From Gemmatimonadota bacterium (GTDB lineage: Bacteria; Gemmatimonadota; Gemmatimonadetes; Gemmatimonadales; GWC2-71-9): a stretch of 51,103 bases of DNA. Below the pieces are notes generated by a model. The model was given only the letters and a program-made list of their open reading frames with translations. It was not told where the DNA came from and made no database searches. This document shows positions 24,494 to 34,119 of this stretch, in pieces. Each line of letters opens with the position of its first letter. Within the stretch, counting starts at the first letter, position 1. The stretch lies in assembly GCA_036679645.1 (NCBI GenBank), contig JAZDCY010000007.1, positions 1-51,103 on the forward strand, written 5' to 3'. The translations under genes and the position numbers were made by a program.

Positions 24494-27163
24494 ATGAGCG
24501 AAATCACCGAACGCCTCACCAACGCCATCGCCGACCGCTACAAGATCGAATCCCACCTGGGCCAAGGTGGGATGGCCACCGTCTATCTCGCGCACGACTT
24601 GAAGCACGACCGCAAGGTCGCGTTGAAGGTGCTGCGTCCCGAACTCGCGGCCGTGATTGGCGCCGAGCGGTTCCTGCAGGAGATCAAGGTCACGGCGAAT
24701 CTACAGCACCCCAACATCCTGGCGCTCTACGACTCGGGCGAGGCGGACACATTCCTGTACTACGTGATGCCGTTCGTGGAAGGGGACACGCTGCGCGACA
24801 GGCTCGACCGCGAGAAGCAGCTTGGGGTGGACGATGCGATCGAGATCACCAAGAGCGTCGCGGCCGCGCTCGACTACGCGCACCGGCACGACGTGATCCA
24901 TCGGGACATCAAGCCCGAGAACATCCTGCTGCACGACGGGCAGGCGCTGGTGGCGGATTTCGGGATCGCACTGGCGGTCTCGGCGGCGAGTGACAACCGG
25001 TTGACGGAGACAGGGCTCAGCCTCGGCACGCCGCACTACATGAGTCCCGAGCAGGCAATGGGCGACCGCGAGCTGGATGCGCGCAGCGACGTCTATTCGC
25101 TGGGTGCGATGCTGTACGAGATGCTGGCCGGCGATCCGCCGTACACCGGCAGCACGGCGCAGGCGATCGTTGCGAAGGTGATCACCGAGAAGGCGACCCC
25201 GGTGACCGCCGTGCGCGACACGGTGCCGAGTCACGTTGCCGCGGCAATTCACAAAGCGCTGAACAAGCTGCCGGCGGACCGGTGGCACAGCGCCGCCACC
25301 TTTGCCGAGGCGCTCACGAAGCCGGGAATGGCGGAGCTTCCCGTCACGGTCGCCGCCGAGGCGGGCGCCGCGCCCAAGCAGCGCAACTGGGCGTTCCTCG
25401 GCGCGGCTGCTGTTGCGCTCGTTGCTATCGCCATAGCGCTGTTCGGCCTGCTGCGGTCCGGGCCACCACCGCGAGTGGCACGGTTCACCGTCGCTCTGCC
25501 AGAGGCACAAGGTATACGCGACCGCTTCGCCAACACTATCGCGCTTTCGCCCGACGGTTCGCGGTTCGTCTACGTAGGCCCGGGGGAGAGCGGAGCACAG
25601 CTGTGGCTCCGGGAAATGAATCAGCTCGAGGCGATGCCAATCGCCGGTACCGAGGGGGCGTTCGCGCCGTTCTTCTCCCCTGATGGTCAATCGGTCGCAT
25701 TCTTTACCCGCATTCTCGACGCGTCGTTGCGCGTCGTTTCGCTTGCGGGCGGTCCGCCGCTCACGTTGGCTACCGAAGGGCTGTTCGCGGCCGGTGGCTC
25801 ATGGGGAGACGACGGCTACCTCTACGTGGTAGGCGAAAGAGACGGTGGATTGGAGGCGATCGTGCGGGTGTCGTCCGCCGGAGGCGACCCCGCAGCCGTC
25901 GCCGAACCGGACAGCGCCGCTGAGCGCAATTTCTTCTGGCCGGAAATCCTGCCCGGGGGGAAGAGCGTGTTGGTCACGACATGGCCGAGCGGGGGAGCCA
26001 ACAACAGCGACGCGGAGATTGCGGTCGTCTCGCTGGTGACCGGAGAAGTCACGACGATCCTTCAGGGGACTACGGCCCGCTACGCCGACCCGGGTTTCAT
26101 CGTCTACGCACGTGGCGATGGTGCGCTGCTCGCCGCGCCGTTCGACCCCGGGAGGCTCGAGGTCACCGGTCCATCGACACCGCTGCTCGAGGGGATTCTC
26201 ACCAAGCTCCCCGCGGCGGCCGAGTTCTCGATTGCGCAGGACGGGTCGCTCATGTACCTGAGCGGGGAAGCCGGGTCGGAGCAGATCGTGTGGGTGGAAC
26301 GCGATGGTGGCGAGCGGGCCATCGATGCCGAGATGAAGGAGAATTTTTCGTCGCTGGCGCTCTCGCCCGAGGGCGAGCGGATCGCGGTGTCGTACATAAG
26401 TGAGTCGGGTCAGAACATCTGGATTTACGATCTTGCACAAGCCACGCTCTCCCGACTGACTTTTGGCAGCGATTACAACCAACGTCCGGAGTGGTTGCCG
26501 GGCGGGCGGGAAATCACATTCGTCTCGACGGAGACTCCGCCGCGACAGCTGTTCACGATGCCAGCGGACGGTAGCGGGTCATCTCAGCAGCTATTCGCTA
26601 CGGACGCGGTCGTCCAGGAGGCGTCGTGGTCCCGGGACGGCCGCTATCTGGTGTACCGCAGGGGGCCCGGTGGTGGCAGCACTCTACGGGACATCCTGTA
26701 CTTGGAACGGGGTGACACGACCCAGCGGACGTTTCTCGCCACCGAGTACGACGAGCTGAACCCGAAGATCTCGCCTGATGGGCGCTGGCTCGCGTACGTC
26801 TCCAACGAGTCCGGTCGCGACGACGTGTACGTGCGACCGTTCCCGGGACCTGGAGGGCGCTGGCAGGTTTCGACCGACGGGGGTACCGAGCCGTTGTGGT
26901 CGCACGCGGGCCGAGAGATCTTCTACCGCAGCCCCGACGGCAACCTCGTCAGTGCCGCCGTGACGATCGGAGAGACGTTCTCGGTGGGGCAGCGCACGGT
27001 GCTGTTCTCTATGGCGGAGTACGACGCCGATCGCACGCACACGTTCTACGACATCTCGCCAGACGATCAGCGGTTTCTCATGGTCAAGCAGAGCGGTGGG
27101 ACGCGGGACGTGGTGGTGGTGCTCAACTGGTTTACGGAAGTGTTGGAGCGGATGGGAAAGTGA
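24494..27163 (+). CDS. Membrane Ser/Thr protein kinase with TolB/PD40-like propeller; paralog 6
   Basis: GQGGMATV, HRDIKPEN, DFG, GTPHYMSPEQ; TM helix; SPDG repeats. Confidence 0.93.
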   Translation: MSEITERLTNAIADRYKIESHLGQGGMATVYLAHDLKHDRKVALKVLRPELAAVIGAERFLQEIKVTANLQHPNILALYDSGEADTFLYYVMPFVEGDTLRDRLDREKQLGVDDAIEITKSVAAALDYAHRHDVIHRDIKPENILLHDGQALVADFGIALAVSAASDNRLTETGLSLGTPHYMSPEQAMGDRELDARSDVYSLGAMLYEMLAGDPPYTGSTAQAIVAKVITEKATPVTAVRDTVPSHVAAAIHKALNKLPADRWHSAATFAEALTKPGMAELPVTVAAEAGAAPKQRNWAFLGAAAVALVAIAIALFGLLRSGPPPRVARFTVALPEAQGIRDRFANTIALSPDGSRFVYVGPGESGAQLWLREMNQLEAMPIAGTEGAFAPFFSPDGQSVAFFTRILDASLRVVSLAGGPPLTLATEGLFAAGGSWGDDGYLYVVGERDGGLEAIVRVSSAGGDPAAVAEPDSAAERNFFWPEILPGGKSVLVTTWPSGGANNSDAEIAVVSLVTGEVTTILQGTTARYADPGFIVYARGDGALLAAPFDPGRLEVTGPSTPLLEGILTKLPAAAEFSIAQDGSLMYLSGEAGSEQIVWVERDGGERAIDAEMKENFSSLALSPEGERIAVSYISESGQNIWIYDLAQATLSRLTFGSDYNQRPEWLPGGREITFVSTETPPRQLFTMPADGSGSSQQLFATDAVVQEASWSRDGRYLVYRRGPGGGSTLRDILYLERGDTTQRTFLATEYDELNPKISPDGRWLAYVSNESGRDDVYVRPFPGPGGRWQVSTDGGTEPLWSHAGREIFYRSPDGNLVSAAVTIGETFSVGQRTVLFSMAEYDADRTHTFYDISPDDQRFLMVKQSGGTRDVVVVLNWFTEVLERMGK

Positions 27164-27225
27164 TTGCAATCTGCAATTCCTGCGCACTGACAAGATGTCT
27201 GCGTTGACCGAACACGGAGGGTGAA

Positions 27226-28113
27226 TTGACTCGTAATCTCTTGTTTGCACTGACCGCCCTGTGGCTCGCCACGCCCGCCCATGCCCAGCAGCCCGACTGG
27301 GAAAGCATCGAGATCCGCACCATCGAGTTGGGCAGCGGCGTGTACATGCTCATGGGCCGAGGAGGCAACCTCGGTCTGTCCGTCGGTGATGACGGTGCGT
27401 TCCTGGTGGACGACCAGTTTGCACCGCTCACCGAGAAGATCCAGGCGGCCATTTCGGCGGTGACCAATGAGCCCATGAAATTCGTGCTCAATACCCACTG
27501 GCACGGCGACCACACGGGCGGGAACGAGAACCTGGGCCAGGCGGGAGCGCTGATCGTGGCACACGACAATGTCCGCCGCCGCCTGGATCCGGAGAGCTTC
27601 CGCGATCTCATTGGCCGATCCAATCAGGCCCCGCCCGATGCGCTACCGGTCGTGACGTTTTCCGAGGAGTTGAACTTCTACTGGAACGGCGAGCGGATTC
27701 ACGTCTTCCACGTCGCGAACGCTCATACCGATGGCGATGCCATCGTCGTCTTCGAGAATGCCAATGTCGTGCACATGGGGGATACGTTCTTCAACAGTTT
27801 CTACCCGTTCATCGATGTACAGAGCGGAGGCAGTGTCAACGGAATGATCGCGGCGGCCGAGCGCGTGCTCGAAATCGTCGGGCCCGATACCAAGATCATT
27901 CCGGGTCACGGCGAGCTGGCCGGGCAGGAGAAGCTCCAGGCCTTTCACGATATGCTCGTGACCGTGCGAGACCGTGTGCAACGTCTCATGTCGGAAGGTA
28001 TGACTGCGGACCAGGTCGTAGCGGCCAAGCCAACGGAGGATCTGGACGCCACGTGGGGGGACAGGAACGAGCGCTTCGTGCGCGCCGTCTATCAGAATCT
28101 GTCCGGGCGGTAG
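27226..28113 (+). CDS. Secreted MBL-fold metallo-hydrolase (cyclase-like)
   Basis: Signal peptide (PAHA-QQ); THWHGDH, AHTDGD, HMGD and IPGHG motifs; TTG start with ggagg RBS. Confidence 0.88.
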   Translation: MTRNLLFALTALWLATPAHAQQPDWESIEIRTIELGSGVYMLMGRGGNLGLSVGDDGAFLVDDQFAPLTEKIQAAISAVTNEPMKFVLNTHWHGDHTGGNENLGQAGALIVAHDNVRRRLDPESFRDLIGRSNQAPPDALPVVTFSEELNFYWNGERIHVFHVANAHTDGDAIVVFENANVVHMGDTFFNSFYPFIDVQSGGSVNGMIAAAERVLEIVGPDTKIIPGHGELAGQEKLQAFHDMLVTVRDRVQRLMSEGMTADQVVAAKPTEDLDATWGDRNERFVRAVYQNLSGR

Positions 28114-28851
28114 GTGTCGTTCCACCTCGCCGTCTTCGGCGCGGGACTCGTCGCCGGGTTCCTGAACGTGATGGCCGGCGGCGGGTCGCTCATCACCCTC
28201 CCCATTCTCCTCTTTCTGGGTCTGCCCGCGGCGGTGGCCAACGGCACGAACCGCGTGGCCATCCTGGCGCAGAACGTCGCCGCCGTCTCGAGTTTCAGGC
28301 GACAGGGATACGTGGAGATGCGGACCGGGTTCCTCTATGCGCTGGTTACGATCCCGGGTGCGCTCGCCGGAGCGTTCGCGGCGACCCGCGTGTCCGACGG
28401 GCTCTTCCGCGGACTCCTAGCGGGTGTCCTGGCCGTGGCTGTGCTCGGTCTCTTGATCCCCCGACGCCATGGCTGGTACGCCGGGGAACGGATGAGCGCC
28501 GGCCGGCGGGGTGTGGCGCTGCTGGGATTCCTCGGCATCGGGTTCTACGGCGGGTTCATTCAGGCGGGCGTGGGGTTTCTCCTGATGCTGGTACTCCATC
28601 AGGTCCTTTTTCATGACCTCGTTCGCACGAACATGCACAAGGTGCTGATCGTGCTGGTTTTCAGCGTCCCGGCGCTGCTCGTATTCATCGCCACGGGGAA
28701 TGTGGCTTGGGTGACCGGAGCAGTGCTCGCCGGGGGGAACGTGACGGGTGCGCTCGTGGCGACCCGAGTATCCGTCACCAGGGGCGAGCGCCCAATCCGA
28801 ATGGTCGTCGCGGTCGCTTTAGTGTTGATGGCGGTGCGGTTGGTCGTTTGA
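28114..28851 (+). CDS. Sulfite exporter TauE/SafE family membrane protein
   Basis: AGFLNVMAGGGSLITLP, ANGTNR and GFYGGFIQAG.G motifs. Confidence 0.88.
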   Translation: MSFHLAVFGAGLVAGFLNVMAGGGSLITLPILLFLGLPAAVANGTNRVAILAQNVAAVSSFRRQGYVEMRTGFLYALVTIPGALAGAFAATRVSDGLFRGLLAGVLAVAVLGLLIPRRHGWYAGERMSAGRRGVALLGFLGIGFYGGFIQAGVGFLLMLVLHQVLFHDLVRTNMHKVLIVLVFSVPALLVFIATGNVAWVTGAVLAGGNVTGALVATRVSVTRGERPIRMVVAVALVLMAVRLVV

Positions 28852-28884
28852 TCCCAGAACGTACTTGGCGCACCGTATGATGTG

Positions 28885-28952
28885 GGGTGCAGGGTGCAGG
28901 GTGCAGGGTGCAGGGTGCAGGGTGCAGGGTGCAGAGTGCAGAGTGCAGAGTG
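28885..28952 (+). repeat. Heptamer tandem repeat (GGGTGCA)7(GAGTGCA)2 plus a partial
   Basis: Counted directly in the sequence. Confidence 0.95.
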
Positions 28953-29099
28953 TCGCGACAAAGGGGGACCGTGAGCCCCGTGCCCTTGATTTTGCCTGAG
29001 GTGAGTGTGATGGGGCCTTAGAGAAGAGAGGGAGGCGACGGGGTTGAGCTAGGGGGTCCAATCGGCATATTAGGAGGGCAAGCGGCGAGGTGTCAGACG

Positions 29100-29453
29100 A
29101 TGAGCGGGACCCATCGAGACCGGTTTATCAAACGGCTGTCCAGCGTCGGGCTCGGGCTGCGGGAGGACATTCAGCTCGCCCTCGGGGGAATAGTTCACAA
29201 TCTGCGTGATCTGGTCGTGGATGGTGGACTCGACGACGGTGAGGTCCGAGCCGTGATCGAGCTGCACGACAACGTGGAAGCGCTGTGGCGGGCCACGCTC
29301 CGGAGCAACCCGCCGCTCCGGCCTGCCGAGATCGTGGGTCGGCTGCGAGAACTCCGGGCCAACTGCACGGGACCGCTGGAGGGGATTGGCGTGCAGATGG
29401 AGCGTGTGTTCAGCAAGGCCCAACTACTGGAGGAGCAGAAGAAGCTCCTCTAG
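29100..29453 (+). CDS. Hypothetical 117-aa helical protein
   Basis: gaggt RBS; amphipathic helical composition; stop overlaps the convergent gene end. Confidence 0.65.
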   Translation: MSGTHRDRFIKRLSSVGLGLREDIQLALGGIVHNLRDLVVDGGLDDGEVRAVIELHDNVEALWRATLRSNPPLRPAEIVGRLRELRANCTGPLEGIGVQMERVFSKAQLLEEQKKLL

Positions 29454-30514
29454 GAGCGCTCCGTTCCCGCCTTTTCCACCTGCCGCATGCCGGCGTCCAA
29501 CATCGTCAATTGGAGTATCATCTGGTCCCGCACTGGCATGGGGCGCAGGTCGGCGTCATCTGCCTCCGCGCGAATGGCGTCGGTATCGGCGCCCTGTGAG
29601 ATCTGTCCACGCCAGCCTTCGATCCGGGCGCGCCACGCCTCCGCGGCCGGGTCGGGTGGGCCGATCACCTGCCCCACGCCGGGCGTCAGGAACAGCGGCA
29701 TCTCCGAGACCAGCGTCAGGGTGTCCCCACCCAGCGAGCGGACCGTCTCCATCGAGCTGGGCCGAAAACGGGCCGCCGTTGTCTCGTCGCCCAATCCCAG
29801 AAAGTGTGCCCGCATTGCTCTCGAGTCCGGCCGGGTGGTGAAGCCGCGGCCGATCCGCACGAACCCTTTCTCTCCCAATCGCTCGACGTCGTGCAGCTCG
29901 TAGCCGGCTGCCTGCGTCGCGGCGGTGCAGTACGTCATCAACTCGGCGCAGCGGTTCATCCACGCGGCATCGACAAGGAACCACGGTCCGGCCGCAAACG
30001 CCATTCCGTGGAACGAGAGATGGAGCGCAAAGGGGCCATCGGCGCTGCGCCACCACTCGTACGCGGCGCGGTTCTCGGGGCGGGCGTGCGCGTCGGTCGC
30101 GTCTCGCGGGAAGCCGAACTCGATATCGTCGCCGGGTCTCTCGCGAATGACATGGGTTAGATAGGTCCCGATGTCATAGTGCTCGTCGGCGTCGTCGTAC
30201 CACACCCGGTTGCGCCGTTCGCCATCGGGATTGATGTGCGGCACGACCCACCACTCCCAGTCAGTCAGCAGGGGGTGGTCGGCGGGCTGGGACGCGATAT
30301 ACGCACTGAGCCGCCGCAAGAGCAGAGGACCGACGGGCTCGTCGGCGTGACATCCGGCGAGCAGGCTGATGCGCCGCGGTCCGGTCCCGAATCGGAAGGA
30401 GCGAATTGTACGCCCTTCGCGAGACGTACCGAGTGACATGCCGTCGTCTCGCGACGCCGCCGGCGTTGACAGAATCTCTGCGAAATGCTCCTGGAGGGCC
30501 ACGGGGCCGCTCAC
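29450..30514 (-). CDS. M14-family zinc carboxypeptidase-like protein
   Basis: G.S.EGR, AGCHADEPVG (HxxE), VPHINPDG and LSFHG motifs. Confidence 0.8.
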   Translation of the reverse strand: MSGPVALQEHFAEILSTPAASRDDGMSLGTSREGRTIRSFRFGTGPRRISLLAGCHADEPVGPLLLRRLSAYIASQPADHPLLTDWEWWVVPHINPDGERRNRVWYDDADEHYDIGTYLTHVIRERPGDDIEFGFPRDATDAHARPENRAAYEWWRSADGPFALHLSFHGMAFAAGPWFLVDAAWMNRCAELMTYCTAATQAAGYELHDVERLGEKGFVRIGRGFTTRPDSRAMRAHFLGLGDETTAARFRPSSMETVRSLGGDTLTLVSEMPLFLTPGVGQVIGPPDPAAEAWRARIEGWRGQISQGADTDAIRAEADDADLRPMPVRDQMILQLTMLDAGMRQVEKAGTERS

Positions 30515-31530
30515 CGAGCGCGGAACGGTGCCATCCAGGCCGTCTGGGTGACACGCTGCCCACCGAGCATCCCACCGATGACGATGAGGCGATCACCCGC
30601 CAGCACGATCCCACGCAAGTCCATGACGCCGCGTGGCAACGACCCGAGCGCTTCCCAACGGTCGTTGTGTACGTCGTAGCGGTACACGCCAACGAGCGGG
30701 CGCGACGGCTCGCCGTTGTACCCGACCCCGTCGTAGTTGTACGGATTGTCAGACCCACCGAGAAGTATCACGCCGTCGGGGGCCGCACCTCCGCCCGCCC
30801 GATACAGAGTCGGCCCGGGATGGTCCTCTATGCGCCGCCAGGTGATCCGGGTCGGGTCATCCGGATCGATATCCCCACGCCAGGAGGAACGCTCGGCGGA
30901 GAAGCGACGTGGGTTCTCATCCACGCGCACCCCGTCCACGTACACGATCGCATTCCCTACGATCGACCCGGCGTGCCCGAACACCGGCGGGCCCGGAATG
31001 GGTGTGGCCTGCCGCCACTCGTCGCTCGCCGGATCGTAGAACTGGACGTTCGTGATGTTGGCGCGATCGTGCCAGCCGGAAACCAGGTAGATCAACGAGT
31101 CCCGCCACACGCCCGAGACGGCATCGTCCGTCGGAACCGGAATGGGGGCGCCCTTGCGCCACGCGCCGGTCTCGGGGTCGAAGATGTCGACGTCGGGCAG
31201 AGATCGTTCGGAGCCGTCCCCGGCAACCGTGTATCCGCCGAAGACATAGATCCTCCCGCGGACCCCCTGCGCGGTACCGGCAAGGCGGCCGGGGCCCGGT
31301 ACGGGAGCGATCTCGTCCCACTCGGCCTCACTCGGGTTCCAGCGGAAGGCCCAATTCACCGTCCCGTTCCATCCCTTTGTGGAGTCGATGCCGAGGAGCG
31401 AGTAGACCTCCCAGCCACGCGACGTTTCCACCGCCGCGACCGCGTTGTTGCTGACCGGCCGGGGGAGCGACGGGACAGGTTGCCAGGATGGGGTCTGGAA
31501 GGCGAGGGTGGCGATGATGGGGAGGATCAT
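30511..31530 (-). CDS. Secreted Kelch-repeat beta-propeller protein
   Basis: Repeated IYVFGG / IYLVSG / LIVIGG ... YDP...W Kelch motifs; short N-terminal hydrophobic signal. Confidence 0.85.
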   Translation of the reverse strand: MILPIIATLAFQTPSWQPVPSLPRPVSNNAVAAVETSRGWEVYSLLGIDSTKGWNGTVNWAFRWNPSEAEWDEIAPVPGPGRLAGTAQGVRGRIYVFGGYTVAGDGSERSLPDVDIFDPETGAWRKGAPIPVPTDDAVSGVWRDSLIYLVSGWHDRANITNVQFYDPASDEWRQATPIPGPPVFGHAGSIVGNAIVYVDGVRVDENPRRFSAERSSWRGDIDPDDPTRITWRRIEDHPGPTLYRAGGGAAPDGVILLGGSDNPYNYDGVGYNGEPSRPLVGVYRYDVHNDRWEALGSLPRGVMDLRGIVLAGDRLIVIGGMLGGQRVTQTAWMAPFRAR

Positions 31531-31560
31531 TGGCGGAGGATAGCCTGGGAGAACGCAAAG

Positions 31561-31733
31561 ACGCTCAGGTGCTCAGGGGATACGCTCAGGTGCTCAGGTG
31601 CTCAGACGCTCAGGTGCTCAGACCACGTGATGCTACTATCCAAGTGCTTAGCTACCAGCCGCTTGCAGGTGAGCGCTCAGAGGTCTCAAACCTGCACCCC
31701 TGAGCGTCTGAGCGTCTGAGCACCTGTGCGTCT
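31561..31733. repeat. Octamer (GCTCAGGT/GCTCAGAC) tandem repeats forming an inverted repeat
   Basis: Left arm acgctcaggtgctcaggtgctcagacgctcaggtgctcagac; right arm cctgagcgtctgagcgtctgagcacctgtgcgtct (31699-31733) is the reverse-complement type. Confidence 0.85.
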
Positions 31734-31739
31734 CTTAGT

Positions 31740-33404
31740 CTATTGTCCTGCCACCCTCACCGGCATCGCTGCTCCTATCATGGTCCCGTCCCCTAGCTGT
31801 CCCTGATTGTTGCGGCCCCAGCAATACGCTATGCCCAGCGTCGTGATCCCGCAGCTGTGGGAGCCGTGCACGGTCAGCGACGCGAACGATAGTCCGCCAC
31901 CGACGGCCGCCGGTACGGCACTGGCCGTGTTGAGGCCGTCACCGAGCTGCCCAAACGCGCCGGCGCCCCAACAGTAGGCGGTGCCGACGCCAGTGATGGC
32001 GCACGTATGGGTGTCGCCCGCGACGACGCTCGTGAACGTCAGCAGCGTGTTGACGGCGACGGGCGAGAGCGCGTTGGTGGAGTCTCCTGTTCCGAGCTGG
32101 CCTGCGCTGTTGCTGCCCCAGCAGTACGCCGTGCCGGTGGCCGTGATCCCGCACGTGTAGTCGTCGCCTGCGGCGATGCTGATATACGAGAACCCGCTGT
32201 CTACCAAGACGGGCGAGGAGCGGGTGGCGGTCGCTCCTTCGCCGAGCGCGCCACTCTGGCCGTCGCCCCAGCAGTGGGCGAGGCCGGCACTCGTGGCACC
32301 GCACCCGTGGGCGGAGCCGAGGCTAAGAAGGCTGAAAGTCGGACTACCCTGCATCTGGGTTGGGAGTGGGATCGGTGGTGGCGGCCCTTGGCCGCCGCCA
32401 CCAATCGGGTTGCTGGTCTGCCCGCTGCCGTTGTTGCCCCAGCAGAAGCCCGCGCCCGAGGCCGTGATACCGCAGCTAAAGAGGTCACCGACCCTGAGCG
32501 TCGAGAGCTGCAGGTTACCCGCGGAGAAGGTCGGACTCGGCTTGGTCCCGCCGGTTGTGTTGTCGCCAATCTGACCCGAGTTGTTGCGTCCCCAGCAAAC
32601 GGGTGCGCCACCGCGTGTGCGGGCGCAGGTGTGGCTCAGGCCGGTAGCGACGCCCGCGAATTCGGTAGTCCCCGCCACACGAGCGGGAACGAGCTGGGTG
32701 CCGGTGGTCGATCCGTTACCCAGCACCCCGAAGCTGTTCCCGCCCCAGCAGTAGACTGACAGACCGGCCGAGGCGGCGCAGGTGTGTTGCACCCCGGCGC
32801 CGATCTCCACGAACGCGAGCGACAACACGTTCAGCTCCGCGGTATCGGTGACGGTGCCCGCAGTGGCGATAATGAGCGTCATTCCCGGTCCGATGCCCGT
32901 CGCCTCGCCAGTCGTCGCGTCGACGGTGGCAACGGCGGGATTGCTGCTGGACCACACGATCGTATCCTCCACCTCGTTGCCGAACGCGTCCTCGACGAGG
33001 GCCTCGAAGGTCCGTGGTGCAGCCGAATCTGCCACGGCTGTATCGGGTGAGATGACGAGCAACGCCACTGGTCCCGGAGTGACGATGACACTAGCCGTCC
33101 CTCGGAGGCCACGCACGGTGGCTTGCACGAGGGCCTTCCCCGGGGAGACGGCTGTCACGACCCCTTCGGTGGTAACCGACGCGACCTCCGGGTCGTTGGA
33201 CGTCCAGATTGTCGTCTGTCCCGTCACCGGCGCGCCGCCGGCATCCGAGGCGGTGACGGTCAGCGTCACTGTCTTGGATACCCCGATCAGCACCGAGTCG
33301 GGTGTGACTGTGACGGAGGTGACCACTGGGTCCGTGACGCTGTCGCCACAGGCCGCGGTGATCAAGATCGCGGTGCCCAACATCAAACGAAGGGATGGCT
33401 TCAT
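31740..33404 (-). CDS. Lipoprotein with two bacterial Ig-like (Big_2) domains and an RCC1-repeat propeller
   Basis: Lipobox TAAC; WTSNDPEVASV and WSSSNPAVATV Ig motifs; repeated HTC/HSC...YCWG.N..GQLG. Confidence 0.9.
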   Translation of the reverse strand: MKPSLRLMLGTAILITAACGDSVTDPVVTSVTVTPDSVLIGVSKTVTLTVTASDAGGAPVTGQTTIWTSNDPEVASVTTEGVVTAVSPGKALVQATVRGLRGTASVIVTPGPVALLVISPDTAVADSAAPRTFEALVEDAFGNEVEDTIVWSSSNPAVATVDATTGEATGIGPGMTLIIATAGTVTDTAELNVLSLAFVEIGAGVQHTCAASAGLSVYCWGGNSFGVLGNGSTTGTQLVPARVAGTTEFAGVATGLSHTCARTRGGAPVCWGRNNSGQIGDNTTGGTKPSPTFSAGNLQLSTLRVGDLFSCGITASGAGFCWGNNGSGQTSNPIGGGGQGPPPPIPLPTQMQGSPTFSLLSLGSAHGCGATSAGLAHCWGDGQSGALGEGATATRSSPVLVDSGFSYISIAAGDDYTCGITATGTAYCWGSNSAGQLGTGDSTNALSPVAVNTLLTFTSVVAGDTHTCAITGVGTAYCWGAGAFGQLGDGLNTASAVPAAVGGGLSFASLTVHGSHSCGITTLGIAYCWGRNNQGQLGDGTMIGAAMPVRVAGQ

Positions 33405-33540
33405 CCATCCTCCAGCTGCTGTAGTGTCGAGAGGGATTCGTACGTCTCACATACGTCTTGCCGTGGCCCCTCGTTGAGGTCCGGCCGCGTGACCAGCATT
33501 ATACATCGACTGCTGGGGGTGATGTTCCGTTAGGGGAAGC

Positions 33541-33948
33541 CTAATCGTCATCACGAACGGGACCCCGCTGGCGTTTCTGGTCACTCCGTGCTCGTTTGTC
33601 GCGCAAGCGCTGCTCGACCGCGGCCTTAGATGGGCGCGTTTTCTTGCGGCGCTTCGGAACCTGGAGGGCGCCTCGCACGAGCGCGTGGAGCCGCGCCACC
33701 GCGTCTTCACGATTGCGCAACTGGCTGCGATACCGGTCCGACACGACTCGCAGCCTCCCCTTGGTATCGAGCCGCGACGCCAATTTCTGACAAAGACGCT
33801 CGCGTTCGTCGTCCGCCAAGCTCCCACTCCCAGCCACGTCCCACACCACCTCCACACGCGTAGAGGTCTTGTTCACGTGCTGTCCGCCGGGGCCCCCTGC
33901 ACGTGAGGCCCGGAACGCAAGCTCGATGTCAGGTATCTTGAAGAGCAT
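33541..33948 (-). CDS. arfB: Alternative ribosome-rescue peptidyl-tRNA hydrolase ArfB
   Basis: SRAGGPGGQHVNK (GGQ), RSQLRNR, and basic C-terminal tail RRKKTRPS...RL..K. Confidence 0.93.
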   Translation of the reverse strand: MLFKIPDIELAFRASRAGGPGGQHVNKTSTRVEVVWDVAGSGSLADDERERLCQKLASRLDTKGRLRVVSDRYRSQLRNREDAVARLHALVRGALQVPKRRKKTRPSKAAVEQRLRDKRARSDQKRQRGPVRDDD

Positions 33949-34068
33949 AGAGATTGGTGATTAGTGATTAGTGAACAGTGATTGGCGATTTGCCGATCGG
34001 GTGCACGTCCACGACAGCTACGCACCTTGTGTCACCATCAATCACAAGTCACTAATCAGTAATCTCCC
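33949..34068. repeat. Heptamer inverted-repeat hairpin in the divergent arfB/patatin intergenic region
   Basis: agagattggtgattagtgattagtgaacagtgattgg ... caatcacaagtcactaatcagtaatctc. Confidence 0.8.
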
Positions 34069-34119
34069 ATCGTCTCCCTCTATTGGCAAACCAGCACCGG
34101 CCCCCTCATTTTTGGGTCC

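Noticed and set aside
1..27163. Diversity-generating retroelement or shufflon acting on the kinases
   Set aside because: No reverse transcriptase, no template/variable repeat pair with adenine-specific differences, and no recombinase or inverted cassettes in the window.
27226..28113. Metallo-beta-lactamase resistance gene
   Set aside because: HxHxDH is shared by the whole MBL superfamily; the sequence looks like the widespread cyclase-like hydrolases and there is no mobile context.
29100..29453. Four-helix-bundle (TIGR02436-type) protein next to heptamer repeats
   Set aside because: The size fits, but the family's S...NIAEG-type motif is absent.
33541..33948. Functional link between arfB and the RGPP stalling leader
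   Set aside because: They are 17 kb apart in separate transcription units, and arfB is a common housekeeping gene.
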